Assembly (NCBI GenBank): GCA_964016885.1
Contig: OZ024741.1
Coordinates: 341,806,001-341,870,000 of the forward strand
DNA length: 64,000 nt
Reading direction: 5' to 3'
Source: Eledone cirrhosa
Lineage: Eukaryota
Positions 1 through 14,050 of the stretch are shown here, piece after piece (within the stretch, counting starts at the first letter, position 1; every line of letters starts with the position of its first letter). A model generated the notes under the pieces. It saw only the letters and a program-made list of their open reading frames with translations, was not told the DNA's origin and did no database searches. The position numbers were made by a program, and so were the translations under genes.

Positions 1-1295
<1,295 letters not shown>

Positions 1296-1446
1296 CGAAG
1301 GAAATGTGGTAAGGAACCAGGTGGACCATAACGCACCAAAGTACTCAATACTTAGGGTAGTAGAGTGGGTAATAGGAACGAGTAGGACCCCGACGGCTGA
1401 GCTCAAGCCGTTTCGATGGCTAATTCTGGACTCTATATATATATAT

Positions 1447-1784
1447 GTGAAGGCGCATACCTTAGTGGTTAGAGCATTGGGCTTGCAATTGAGAGGTTGG
1501 AAGTTCGATTCTCGGACCGGGTGATGCGTTGTGTCCTTGAGCAAGACACTTTATTTCACGTTGCTCCAGTTTACTCAGCTGTAGAAATGAGTTGCGACAT
1601 CACTGGTGCCAATCTGTATTGGTCAATGCCTTTCACTTGGACAACATCAGTGGCATGGAGAGGGGAGACTGGTATGCATGGGCGACTGCTGGTCTTCCAC
1701 AAAAACAAACTGCCCAGGCTTGTGCCACGGAGGGAAACCTTCTAGGTGCAAAACCATGGTCATTCGTGACCAAGTGGGGCCTTC
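1447..1784 (+). mobile_element. tRNA-derived SINE (family B head, alternative 3' body) inserted in (TA)n
   Basis: A-box-like CCTTAGTGG, B-box GTTCGATTC, then TGTCCTTGAGCAAGACACTT; head shared with 37944 and 51723 copies; flanked by (TA)n. Confidence 0.85.
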
Positions 1785-2488
1785 TATATATATATATATA
1801 TATATCACGATAAATTAATGGAGCCATAGACTCTCGCTATAGTTTTTCCCTGTTTGACTGATGGTGCACTATCTCTCTCTCTGGTGTGTTATCTTTTCTA
1901 CATATTGTATTATATATATATATATACACACACATATATATACACATAAGCAAGAAGCGAGAGAAGAACAGACTCTGTTCGATGAGAGGAGACCAGGACA
2001 TTCGCCCCTATTGCTCCCTGATAAATCCAGCCATGATTGTATGTCTTAAGAATGTCTGCTGAGCACTCACTATAGTAGAGGGTATATATTGTTTGTGAAG
2101 TAAAATTAGTGGCAACACTAACATAGCTGTTCATGATAGAGATGTATATGTAAACATATACAATGTGTTTATGTAGGATAATCATTTCATTATGAAAGAA
2201 AAAATGTGTTTCACTACGAAATTTTATTTCTCTTTTTTTTCCCCCATGAACACGTCACTGATATCTCAATGGCTGGGGAGAATTGTTTCAAGATTCATTA
2301 ATCTCTCATCAGTGACATTCCCTCATTCAGTATTGAGATATAAATAGGCTCAAGTTAATGTAGATTTTACATATTGAACATTTGCCGGATATGCTCATTT
2401 ACATATAGCAAATAACTTGGCAGGTTATAATTAATTGGGAGTAGCATTAACATAACCTTGTTCACAATAGGGGTACATATACAATGTT

Positions 2489-2650
2489 TCATCATCATCA
2501 TCGTTTAATGTCCATTTTCCACGCTAGCATGGGTCAGACAGGTTGTCCCATTAGAGGAAAGTCGGGTCAGGTGACCGTGTCTAGCTCATATAGAACAGTT
2601 TCTGGCTAGGTATCTACGGCTGGATACCCTTCTAAATGCCAACCACATTT
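2489..2650 (-). mobile_element. RTE LINE/SINE 3' tail fragment
   Basis: (CAT)n, GTCCATTTTCCACGCTAGCATGGG and GCTGGATACCCTTC match the LINE 3' end at 20395-20570. Confidence 0.8.
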
Positions 2651-3378
2651 ACAGAGTGTGCTGGGTGCTTTTTGTCATGACATCTACACAACCACTTTAC
2701 AGTGTGGGCTGGGTGCTTTTTGTCATGACACCTACATGACCACTTTAATGTATGGACTGGGTGCTTTTTGTCATGACACCTACATGATCACTTTACTGTG
2801 TGGACTGGGTGCTTTTTGTCATGACATCTACACGACCACTTTACAATGTTTGCAGTGTGCTTTTAGTCATGACATCTACACGACCACTTTACTGTGTGGA
2901 CTGGGTGCTTGTTGTCATGACTTCTACATGACCACTTTACAGTGTGTGCAGTGTGCTTTTTGTCATGACTTCTACACGATCACTTTACTGTGTGGACTGG
3001 GTGCTTTTTGTCATGACATCTACACGACCACTTTACAATGTTTGCAGTGTGCTTTTAGTCATGACATCTACACGACCACTTTACTGTGTGGACTGGGTGC
3101 TTGTTGTCATGACTTCTACATGACCACTTTACAGTGTGTGCAGTGTGCTTTTTGTCATGACATCTACACGACCACTTTACTGTGTGGACTGGGTGCTTGT
3201 TGTCATGACTTCTACATGACCACTTTACAGTGTGTGCAGTGTGCTTTTTGTCATGACATCTACATGACCACTTTACAGTGTGTGCAGTGTGCTTTTTGTC
3301 ATGACTTCTACACGATCACTTTACAGTGTGTGCAGTGTGCTTTTTGTCATGACTTCTACATGATCACTTTACAGTGTG
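2648..3378. repeat. 48-bp minisatellite, ~15 copies, derived from the RTE 3' UTR unit
   Basis: Unit TTTACAGTGTGGGCTGGGTGCTTTTTGTCATGACACCTACATGACCAC; 16-aa period in ORF 2658..3392. Confidence 0.95.
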
Positions 3379-3850
3379 GTTGCATACAATAAACATGAAA
3401 AGGAAAAAAAACACTTCACAGAATATATTGGGACCATTTTATCATGCATCCAACACTACATTACAAACATTTAGGGAAAAAAAAATTTTACAATTGAAAA
3501 AATATTTGTCGTTCTTTTTGAACAGTGACCACGTCACAACCATCTCAGTAGCCGGTAATAATGCCAGACAACTGTTTCAAGCTATGTTAATATCTCATCA
3601 GTGACACACAGTTCTTAGATGAAATGATGAACATTTTATTGTGTCAGCAGCACTAGGGAGGTTGTCATGGCATTCATATAAATGAAGAATCCTCCAGGCA
3701 TATTAAATATTAGTGCATTAATGGTTGATTAAATCTATATATTAAACTGTAAAACTTAATGTAGACAGATTAACAGAAAACAGAAAAAATATCCTTGTCT
3801 ATATGTTTAAGATATAAGATATAACTACAGATATCAATTTCAGAAAATAT

Positions 3851-3902
<52 letters not shown>

Positions 3903-3933
3903 GTATGCATACATACATGCATATGCATGTATG

Positions 3934-3965
<32 letters not shown>

Positions 3966-4162
3966 TATATGTATGTATATATACATATATATATATATAT
4001 GTGTGTGTCTGTGTATGTATATGTGGTATGTATGTTGGATTATGTATGTATGTGTATATATATATATATATATATATCATACAGAAGGTTATTTGTCACT
4101 GATATACAGAAAATCTCATTGTAAAATAGCTAAAATTATCTTTTCATAGAAGGGTATATGTT

Positions 4163-4456
4163 TAGAATAACTTTTACAAAGTTAGCAACGTGTAGATTCC
4201 TAGTAAAGCAGCCTAAAATAAGACAGCTTCACCATTAATCTCGCCCTTACTGCAGTTTCAATTATCAAGAAACAGCAATAAACATTTCAATACATAAAAT
4301 AGGCAATACTGAAGAAGACAATTTCTTCACAGGGAATTATTTGAAAGTGTAAAAGAACATTTGCTGCAGTAAGGGCGAGATTAATGGTAAAGATATCTTA
4401 TTTTAGGTTACTCTACTAGGAATCTCGCCATTGCTAAATTTGAAAAAGTTATTCTA
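4163..4456. repeat. Fold-back element with ~93-bp diverged inverted arms
   Basis: Arm 4163-4255 is the reverse complement of 4364-4456 (e.g. CCATTAATCTCGCCCTTACTGCAG). Confidence 0.9.
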
Positions 4457-4520
4457 TATGTATATGTATATATATATACAAATATAATCTCTTTGTCCGC
4501 AATTCCTTTCCTTCTCCAGA

Positions 4521-4725
4521 TTCCACTCCTGCTACCAATCCTGCTGCCCTATATGCAGCTTCCTCACCAACACCACGACCTTCACTGATCCCTATGGGGA
4601 GTACTTCCTAGTCAGGGACTCCTTTCACGGCACCTCTAATAGTCTTGTCTACAGACTCCAAAGCCATCTAGATTGGACAAACCAGTCATCGACTGGCAGA
4701 AAGGTACACACAGCATCTTCAGGGC
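4521..4725 (+). pseudogene. Penelope-like element GIY-YIG endonuclease relic
   Basis: Manual translation CCPICSFLTNTTTFTDPYGEYFLVRDSFHGTSNSLVYRLQ, frameshift, then I*IGQTSHRLAERYTQHL; PLE-type Cys-rich linker and VY...YIGQT...RL..R...H motifs. Confidence 0.8.
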
Positions 4726-4886
4726 ATGCAGCTCAACAACTAGTCTCTGGTCATCTGACATTTCTGCTCTGCCAGACACTCCACCCACCACCTCACAGGT
4801 TTTGACCTTGTTGCTTGCCCCGTTTAGTCGGTATGTTTACTGTGTATATATATATAGGTCGATTTTCTGAAATCCCTGATAGGGCT

Positions 4887-4985
4887 GCTAGCTGATGAGA
4901 ATTCAATTGTCTACAATTTGCTGGTTAGGGGTTTATTATTAATCGATGACCAGCAGATTCTCCACAGAAAAAGTACTGTACCAGC
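4887..4985 (+). ncRNA. Type I hammerhead ribozyme motif, decayed, long stem II
   Basis: GCTAG-CTGATGA-[AATTTGCTGGTT/GACCAGCAGATT stem]-GAAA-AAGTACTG-TA-CCAGC. Confidence 0.65.
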
Positions 4986-5338
4986 TTCAATGTGGATTGT
5001 TGTACTTCAATGTGGATTAATAAGAATATAATGACTGTTTCATTTTATGAAATTGTGAGTTCTTTAACGAATTCATATATTGATCTGTCAATACAATAAT
5101 TACACTGTTTTCATAGCTTATGCTTCTGGCTGGGAATGTTGTATTACAATTAATGTTATGCGTGTACTCCAAATGAATTTGTTGAGCAAATTGTAAACAA
5201 CAAGATCAGAATCAAAAGATATCAATCTAAACCCTTATTATATAAATATGTGTGTGTGTGTATGTATATATAAGTTTTGGCACCCCAGTCGTTATTTTAC
5301 ATCTAGCTCTCTATCTGCCTCTCTCTCTCTCTCACATA

Positions 5339-5383
<45 letters not shown>

Positions 5384-5615
5384 TATATGTATGTAGGTGT
5401 GCACATATCATATCTATCTCTAAATCCAGGAAGATTTTCAAGTGTAGTTATAATGAACTATCTACCTTCAAGATATCAAACATAATTATCTATTCGATAT
5501 TCACCACCTGTCATGCTTATCCCCAGGTGTAATATATAACATCTCCAGATATTAGACTCAAATGTTTTACCCTATGAATAATTACATATCAGGTATGTCT
5601 GTATTTTGGTGTGTG

Positions 5616-5671
<56 letters not shown>

Positions 5672-5682
5672 ATACATATGTG

Positions 5683-5741
<59 letters not shown>

Positions 5742-5796
5742 CCACCCTTGCAAGCAAGGAAGAACGGACGTAAAATGATGATGATGATGATGATGA

Positions 5797-5839
<43 letters not shown>

Positions 5840-5867
5840 TATACAAATATGTATATATACATATATA

Positions 5868-6051
5868 TCATCATCATCATTTCATTTTATGTTCGCTTTT
5901 TCCCTGCTTGCAAGGGTGGGACGGGAACTGATTCTGGCTTGATTTCTACAGCTGGATGCCCTTCCTAACACCAACCTCATTTACAGTGAGTGTTGGGTGC
6001 TTTTTTGCCGTGGCACCTGCACGACCACTTTGCAGTGGAATGATAGGGACC
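5868..6051 (-). mobile_element. SINE family B, 3' half
   Basis: Near-identical to 7243-7430, with (GAT)n tail. Confidence 0.9.
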
Positions 6052-6113
6052 GTTATTTTTAGACCCAGTTCACTAAAAGATTTTCTAATGTTTTTCCATA
6101 GCCTTTCAAGATT

Positions 6114-6398
6114 TTGGTTATTTGTTTCTCAATTAAACATCCTAATCACCGTTTTGTGACCACGCTCGCCAACAAGACCTGGCAACTCCGTGAACGCAAC
6201 CAACAGTTCACCTTGAAATGGGATATACTTTCCAGCGCTAGTGCATATCGGAGTGGATTGAAGTACTGTAGGTTATGTAACCTTGAACTCTTTTACATCT
6301 TAAAATCCAAAAATAAATTACTAAATGATAGAATCTATCGATCATTATACTGCAACCACAAACTGAAGGCTAAATTCTCTCACTATAAAATAACTTAA
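6114..6398 (+). pseudogene. Penelope-like element GIY-YIG C-terminal fragment
   Basis: TTLANKTWQLRE...LKWDIL...AY...CRLCNLE..ILK...LLND...CNHK matches the PLE endonuclease C-terminal pattern (T.L...W.L, W.I, C.LC..E, LLN, C.H). Confidence 0.75.
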
Positions 6399-6779
6399 CA
6401 TTCGAACCCGTAACTATAACATTGCTTTCTAGCTAACCACTTTCTCTTCCCCCACATTACAAGACAATACCCTGCTTATCACTAAAAATGGAAACTTAGT
6501 GCAATTTGTAGCCTACAACTATGAACTCAATATACACCCATCCCATAGCTTTCGTCTGTCCCCTCTCTATCTTTCCCTCTCTCTCCATTCCCCTCTCTCT
6601 CTCTCTCGCCCTAGGTTCACCTCCCTCCCTCTCCACATCTATGAACCTGTGGCAATAAATAATTCCAACCTTGACTATCAACAAGGTGGTCGCTTTAAGA
6701 GTAACCAGTATAATAAAACCCCTACCACAACACTTTGATTAAGATATCTACAAACCACTCTCTCCCATTTCTCCAACCC

Positions 6780-6819
<40 letters not shown>

Positions 6820-6899
6820 CTTTTCTCTCTTCCTTTTCTACTCTATCTTCCCCAATAACCTCACTTAAGGGTATTTACATTTTACATTTTAACCATTCT

Positions 6900-7009
6900 T
6901 CTCTGAGGATACAGTGGTCACAGCATTTGATAATTGAGTTTTGCAAATAGTTATAAATGTGCACATAGCATAACTAGGCTGTATAACCACCGTGGAAACA
7001 TTTGTAAGC
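6900..7009 (+). ncRNA. Hammerhead-like motif, decayed, ~85-nt stem II
   Basis: CTGAGGA (6903), TACAGTGGT/ACCACCGTG stem base, GAAA-CATTTG-TA; stem I weak; lies 3' of the GIY-YIG fragment. Confidence 0.5.
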
Positions 7010-7242
7010 ACACAGAATAAATTACCTTTTTATGATGTCTACCTGTTATTATTCATTCTTTATATATACAAATATATATATGTATATATATATATATATA
7101 TCTATATATATATATCCCATCTAACCCATGCTAGCGTGGAAAGTGGACGTTAAACGAGGATGATGATATATACACATGTATATATATATACATGTATATA
7201 CACATATGTATATATATACATATATATATACACATATATATA

Positions 7243-7574
7243 TCATCATCATCATCATCATTTTACGTCCGCTTTTCCCTGCTTGCAAGGGCGGGACGGG
7301 AACTGATTCTGGCTTGATTTCTACAGCTGGATGCCCTTCCTAACACCAACCTCATTTACAGTGAGTGCTGGGTGCTTTTTTGCCGTGGCACCTCCACGAC
7401 CACTTTGCAGTGGAATGATAGGGACCCCAGTCCTATCATCTCATTTCTACAGCTGAGTAAACTGGAGCTATGTGAAATAAAGTGTCTTGCTCAAGGAAAC
7501 AACACATCACCCGGTCCGAGAATTGAACTCACAACCTTTCAATTGCAAGCCCAATGCTCTAACCACTAAGCCAT
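7243..7574 (-). mobile_element. tRNA-derived SINE family B with RTE-type tail
   Basis: Reverse complement of the 37944 and 51723 copies; (GAT)n tail. Confidence 0.92.
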
Positions 7575-7641
7575 ATATGTCCCAAGGCTCTGATACCATC
7601 AATACTATAAACACAGAGCTGGCATATCTAAGAACTGACTA

Positions 7642-7697
7642 ACTGCCTGATGAGGTCATGGCCATTCAATGGCTATCATCGAAATATATATAGCAGT
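7642..7697 (+). ncRNA. Type I minimal hammerhead ribozyme, intact core
   Basis: ACTGC-CTGATGA-G(stem II)C-GAAA-TATATA-TA-GCAGT; perfect 5-bp stem I, palindromic stem III. Confidence 0.85.
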
Positions 7698-7821
7698 AAA
7701 TAAAGGATTATGAGTTCATGCAATTGACTTATGTTTCGTCACTATATATATACATATATATTTAAAGCGATGAAATACCAATGATGGTTGGAAGATCACT
7801 GATGAAGGACTAACTTTATTC

Positions 7822-8129
7822 ATATATACATATATATATACATATGTATTTCTATACATATATATACATACATATATATACATATGTATATATATATATA
7901 TACATATATATATACATATGTATATATATATATACATATATATACACATATGTATATATATATATACATATATATACACATATGTATATATATATACATA
8001 TATATACACATATGTATATATATATACATATATATACACATATGTATATATATATACATATATATACACATATGTATATATATATACATATATATACACA
8101 GATGTATATATATATACATATATATACAC

Positions 8130-8166
<37 letters not shown>

Positions 8167-8505
8167 AGTATATATATACATATGTATATACATACATACA
8201 TATATATACATATATATACACATATATATATATATACACACATATATACACACATATATACATATATATATACACACATATGTATATATATATACATATA
8301 TATACATATATATACACACATACACATATATATATACAGAGAGAGAGATATATATATATATATATAGATATATATACACATATGTATATATACATATATA
8401 TACACATATGTATATATATACATATATACATATATATATACACATATGTATGTATATACATATTTGTATGTATATATATACATATGTATGTGTGTGTGTG
8501 TGTGT
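7822..8505. repeat. (TA)n/(TACA) compound microsatellite
   Basis: Direct reading. Confidence 0.95.
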
Positions 8506-8772
8506 ATTTATTACTTATATTTTGGGTGGGTCATGCTGGCAATAAAAACACATGCACCTGTTGGTTTTCCCTTATGTGTGTACACGTATACATCTGCGCC
8601 AGCCATAGAACGCATGCTAAAATAGAACATGAGCAAGACGCAGTCATCTAGCCTGTTTGTCTAGCCTGAAAGCATGAAAACCAGTTTAACCCATACAATC
8701 ATGGCAAATAGACATTAAATAGTAATGATGATGATATATATATATATGCACACTTAGTCAATGCATAATAAC

Positions 8773-8957
8773 TGTTTTTACTTTTGGCACAAGGCCAGAA
8801 ATTACCCAGTGCATTACTGGTACTTTATTTTATTGACCCCGTAAGGATGAAAGGCAAAATCAACCTCGGCGGGATTTGAACTCAGATCGTTAAGGGACGT
8901 AACTATGCTGGAAAGCATGGCGTCCGACCCTCTACCGATACTGCCAATCCACCGCTA
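8773..8957 (-). mobile_element. tRNA-derived SINE family A
   Basis: Minus strand TGGCAGTATCGG (A box), GAGTTCAAATCC (B box), GCCTTTCATCCTTACGGGGTCAATAAAATAAAGTACCAG; 17-bp TSD AGTCAATGCATAATAAC on both sides. Confidence 0.92.
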
Positions 8958-9009
8958 AGTCAATGCATAATAACACTAAGTGAAAGCAGAATTTCTACTG
9001 TCTTTATTA

Positions 9010-9347
9010 CATCATCATCATCATTTTACGTCCGCTTTTCCCTGCTTGCAAGGGTGGGATGGGAACTGATTCTGGCTTGATTTCTACAGCTGGATGCCCT
9101 TCCTAACACCAACCTTATTTACAGTGAGTGCTGGGTGCTTTTTTTCTGTGGCGCCTACACATCCATTTTACAGTGGAATGATAGGGACCCCAGTCCCATC
9201 ATCTCATTTCTACAGCTGAGTAAACTGGAGCAATGTGAAATAAAGTGTCTTGCTCAAGGAAACAACACATCACCCGGTCTGAGAATTGAACTCACAACCT
9301 TTCGATTGCAAGCCCAATGCTCTAACCACTAAGCCATGTGCCTCCAC
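9010..9347 (-). mobile_element. tRNA-derived SINE family B
   Basis: Near-identical to 7243-7574. Confidence 0.92.
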
Positions 9348-9930
9348 TATATTAAATCATTCTAGAGCTGATCTAAAAACATGTGGGATTAAATATTTTA
9401 TAATTCATGTTTAGGGTGCTTAACTGCTGATTAATTCGTAGGAAGGGGCAGCATTGTTGTGATATACAACATGCCTTTTAAACCTGCTGGAGCCCATCAC
9501 TCTCCAGGTTGAGAAGATAACCAATTATTTCCAAAGAAAGAGAAAGACAGTAAGAGAGAGAGAGAGGAATTATAGATCCTAAGACCTTGAAAGGATGAAA
9601 GGCAAAGTTGACCTTGGTAGGATTTGGACTCAGAACTGGAATGAATACTGTGAACCCTATTTGATGCTCTACATAAAGAGAGATAGAGAAAGAATTGATC
9701 CCAGTACTGAACTGGTTGTTTATTTATCAATCTTGAAAGGATAAAGGGCAAATTTGACCTCTGAGTAGGATTTGAACTCAGAGAGTGAGAAACTGGAACA
9801 AAGAAAGCAAAAACAATCTAGGGGATCAATGTTCATATGACTTTGCCAATCCACTACTTTACGCTTTATAATTAGTGTATTACACTGTACCTGTCTGAGA
9901 GTGAAATAATCTCTTAATTCCTTATATTAA

Positions 9931-10149
9931 CATTTTTGTGACCATATTTCTAACGAAATATTCTCTATTTCAATTAATACAAAAATTTAAGAGATTTACT
10001 GAAATTATTGTTTCATTAAAATAGTAATTTAACATATGGTTCTTAAATAAAATTATGTTAGATTTTAATTTAATGAGGAAACTCTTTAAAATTGGTGGTT
10101 TTGTTTCATAGAACCAGAGTCAGTTTTGACTAGGCTGATACCAAAATGT
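9931..10149. mobile_element. TTAA-flanked MITE (piggyBac-like), decayed
   Basis: TTAA flanks; related sequence at ~15845-16075, 54365-54830 and 58064-58234. Confidence 0.55.
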
Positions 10150-10374
10150 TTAAATTAACATTTTTATCATTATTAACATTAAAATTAACATTTTTATCAT
10201 TATTAACATTAAAATTAACATTTTTATCATTATTAACATTAAAATTAGCCACAGCCCACATCCATCCAGTGGTAAATGGAAATGAAATTTCATGGATGTG
10301 AGCTGTACCTAACAGAGCTAGCTGTTGAACTGATGTGTACTGGTGTGTACATGCTATAGCTTTCATGTTTCAAT

Positions 10375-11422
10375 CTTTGCCTTTCATCCTTACGGGGTCA
10401 ATAAAATAAAGCACCAGTAATGTACTGGGATAATTGCTGGCCTTGTGCCAAAAATAGAAACAATTACTATTATTATTAGTGGATTGGCAGAATCAGTAGA
10501 CCATTGGACAACATTTTGCAGCATAGAGTTATATCCCTTTATGTTCTGAGTTCAAAACTGGCTGATTCCCTTTTGTCCTTATGGAGTCAATAAAATAAAG
10601 CACCAGTATCACACTGGGGGCAATTTAATCAACTTTTTTCTCCACAAAAATTGTTAACCTTGTGCCTAAATCAGAAATCCTTATTATTATATTGGCAGTA
10701 TCGGTAGAGGGTCGGACACTATGCTTTGCAGTATAAAGTTACGGCCCTTTACGGTCCTAGTTCAAATCCCACCAAGGTTAACTTTGCCTTTGATCCTTAC
10801 GGGGTCGATAAAATAGAAGCACCAGTAATGCACTGCGAGTAATTGCTGGCCTTGTGCCAAGAGTAGAAACAATTATTATTATTATTAATCGTCCCCTCTG
10901 TGTAAATAAAGCACCAATTATGCACAGGGAGCGATTTGGTCGACTTTTCCCTTCCCTTCAAATTGCTGGCCATGTGCCTAAATCAGAAACTATTATTATT
11001 GTTATTATATACTTTGTGGCATATAGTTAGATCTCTATATTCTGAGTTCAAATCCCACCAAGGTTAACTTTGTTTTTCATCTTTATAGGGTCCATAAAAT
11101 AAAGTACCAGTAACACAATTTAATCGACTTTCCCCTTCCTTTCAAATTGCTGGCCTTGTGCCATAAATAGAAATTATTATTATTATTAAAAGGGTGGTGG
11201 ATTGGCAGTATCGGTAGAGGGTCGGACACCATGCTTTGCAGCATAGAGTTACGCTCCTTTATGATCTGAGTTCAAATCCCGCCGAGGTTAACTTTGCCTT
11301 TCATCCTTATGGGGTCAGTAAAATAAAGAACCAGTCATGCACTGGGGTCGATTTAATCGACTTTCCCCGCCCCTAAAATTGCTGGCCTTGTGCCTGTATA
11401 AGAAGCCATTATTATTATTATT
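10375..11422 (+). mobile_element. Cluster of ~5-6 tandem SINE family A copies
   Basis: Repeated GAGTTCAAATCC...CCTTTCATCC...GCTGGCCTTGTGCC blocks separated by (ATT)n tails. Confidence 0.9.
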
Positions 11423-11832
11423 AAAATAAAGAAATCATTACTATTATTATGAATGTGCATATCTGCGAATATGTCAATAAAGATGGACACTTTATCCTGG
11501 GGGTTGAAATAACACTTCATATGAATCAACAGAAAGACACACACAAGCACATAAACACACACATGCATGTCCCATACCCCCTACAGACAATACACACACA
11601 GACATACACCATAAACACTATAAACATTTACACACCAACAACACCCCCAACACTACATCACATATCCTCAGCCCCACTACTATCACTATCAACACCACAC
11701 CAGCATCAACATCACATCTGACATATCCTCACCGACACCAACACCACCTCAAACACTGATACCAACCACAACCACACTACACCACATCTCTACTACACCT
11801 CACCACCACCACCTCATATATCCCAACCAACA

Positions 11833-12332
11833 CCAACTCCACACCAACACCACAACCATCACAACATCACAACCATCACCACACCACTACAAACAGCACA
11901 TTGATATTACACCACCAACTCCACACCAACATCACAACCATCACAACATCACAACCATCACCACACCACTACAAACAGCACATTGATATTACACCACCAA
12001 CTCCACACCAACATCACAACCATCACAACATCACAACCATCACCACACCACTACAAACAGCACATTGATATTACACCACCAACTCCACACCAACATCACA
12101 ACCATCACAACATCACAACCATCACCACACCACTACAAACAGCACATTGATATTACACCACCAACTCCACACCAACATCACAACCATCACAACATCACAA
12201 CCATCACCACACCACTACAAACAGCACATTGATATTACACCACCAACTCCACACCAACATCACAACCATCACCACACCACTACAAACAGCACATTGATAT
12301 TACACCACCAACTCCACACCAACATCACAACC
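11833..12332. repeat. 82-bp CA-rich minisatellite, ~6 copies
   Basis: TTGATATTACACC recurs at 11901, 11983, 12065, 12147 and 12229. Confidence 0.92.
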
Positions 12333-12413
12333 AACTACAGTTCCTCTGTTCGGTGAAACTGAAACAGTTTCTACTATCATAGGTTCCTTAGAAGTTAAAC
12401 AGAGACAGAAAGG

Positions 12414-12480
<67 letters not shown>

Positions 12481-12782
12481 AGGGAGAGAGAGAGAAAGAT
12501 AGATAGACAGACAGATAGATAGATAAATAGACAGACAGATAGCTATAGATAGATATGTGAGTTTGTGTTTGTGTATGTGTGCGTGTGATTGTCAGTGTGT
12601 GTAAATATGTGAAGAATTGCAGAAGGCTTACTTATAGTTTTGAAATTGGAAGAGAAAAATGAGAGTTGTGAGTGAAGCAGGCGCCATAGACAATGACTCT
12701 GTCAAAAGCTCTGATCTATGCTATATTAACTTGTTCCACCATCATAGCAACTGAATTTCTCACTCCATTAAACATCATCACA

Positions 12783-13470
12783 ATAATAATAACCATTTCT
12801 AATTTTGGCACAAGACCATAATAATAATTGTTTCTACTTTTGGCACAAGGCCAGCAATTAACCAGTACATTACTGGTACTTTATTTTATCGACCCTGTAA
12901 GGATGAAAGGCAAAGTGAACCTCGGCGGGATTTGAACTCAGACCGTAAAGGGACGTAACTATGTTGGAAAGCATGGCGTCCGACTCTCTACCGATACTGC
13001 CAATCCACTGCACAAGACCATAATAATTGTTTCTACTTTTGGCACAAGGCCAGCAATTTTCCCAGTGCATTACTGGTATTTTATTTTATCAACCCTTTAA
13101 GGATGAAAGGCAAAGTTAACCTTGGTGGATTTGAACTCAGAGCGTAAAGGGCCATAACTCTATGCTGCAAAGCATGGTGTCTGATGCTCTACCAATACTG
13201 CCAAACCACCGCCCTATTAATAATTGTTTCTACGTTAGGCACAAGGCCAGCAATTACCCAGTGCATTACTGGTACTTTATTTTATCGACCCCGTAAGGAT
13301 GAAAGGCAAAGTCAACCTCGGCGGGATTTGAACAGCTAGCAGCTTGGGCAGGGAAAGAGAAAATCAAATTGACACCAGTATTTGACTGGTACTTTATTTA
13401 ATCAACCCTGGAAGAATGAAAGGCAATGTTGACTAATAATAATGTTTCCTGATTTAAGCACAAGGCCAGC
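12783..13470 (-). mobile_element. Cluster of nested/tandem SINE family A copies
   Basis: At least 3 copies plus fragments; GCACAAGACCATAATAAT duplicated at ~12808 and ~13010. Confidence 0.9.
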
Positions 13471-13509
13471 AGTTGTGCGGGTAAGAGTGGGGAGATAATG
13501 GTTTCTGAT

Positions 13510-14050
13510 TTATAATAGTGGTGGTGATGGTGGTTATGGGGGTGGTGGTAGTAGTTATGAGGGTGATGATAATGGTGATGCTTGTGGGGATGATGGTGGT
13601 GGCAGAGGTGTTGGTGATGCTTGTGGGGATGATGGTGATGGTGGCGGTGGCAGTGCTGGTGGTGTAGGATGGTGGTTATGGGGCTTGTGATAATGGTAGT
13701 GGTAGTGGTTATGAGGGTGATGATAATGGTGGTTCTAAAGAGGATGGTGGTGTAGAATGGTTATGGTGTTTATAGGAATGATGGTGGTGATGATGGAGGA
13801 TGGTAGCGGTGTAGGGTGATGGTTATGAGGGTGATGATAATGGTGGTGCTTATGAAGATAGTGGTGGTGGTGGTGGTGGTGGTGGAGGATGGTCGTTGTG
13901 GTGGTGGTGGTGGTGGTGGTGGTGGTGGAGGATGGTCGTTATGGGGGTGGTGGTGGTGGTGGTGGGGGATGGTCGTTGTGGGGGTGATGATAATGGTGAT
14001 AGTGATGAAGATGACAATGATGATGTTACAGATGTTAACAACAACAAGGA
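13510..14050. repeat. (GGT/GAT)n low-complexity tract
   Basis: Direct reading. Confidence 0.9.

Noticed and set aside
2658-3392. Cys-rich 244-aa repeat protein
   Set aside because: The 48-bp unit derives from an RTE 3' UTR, and the frame stays open only because the unit length is a multiple of three.
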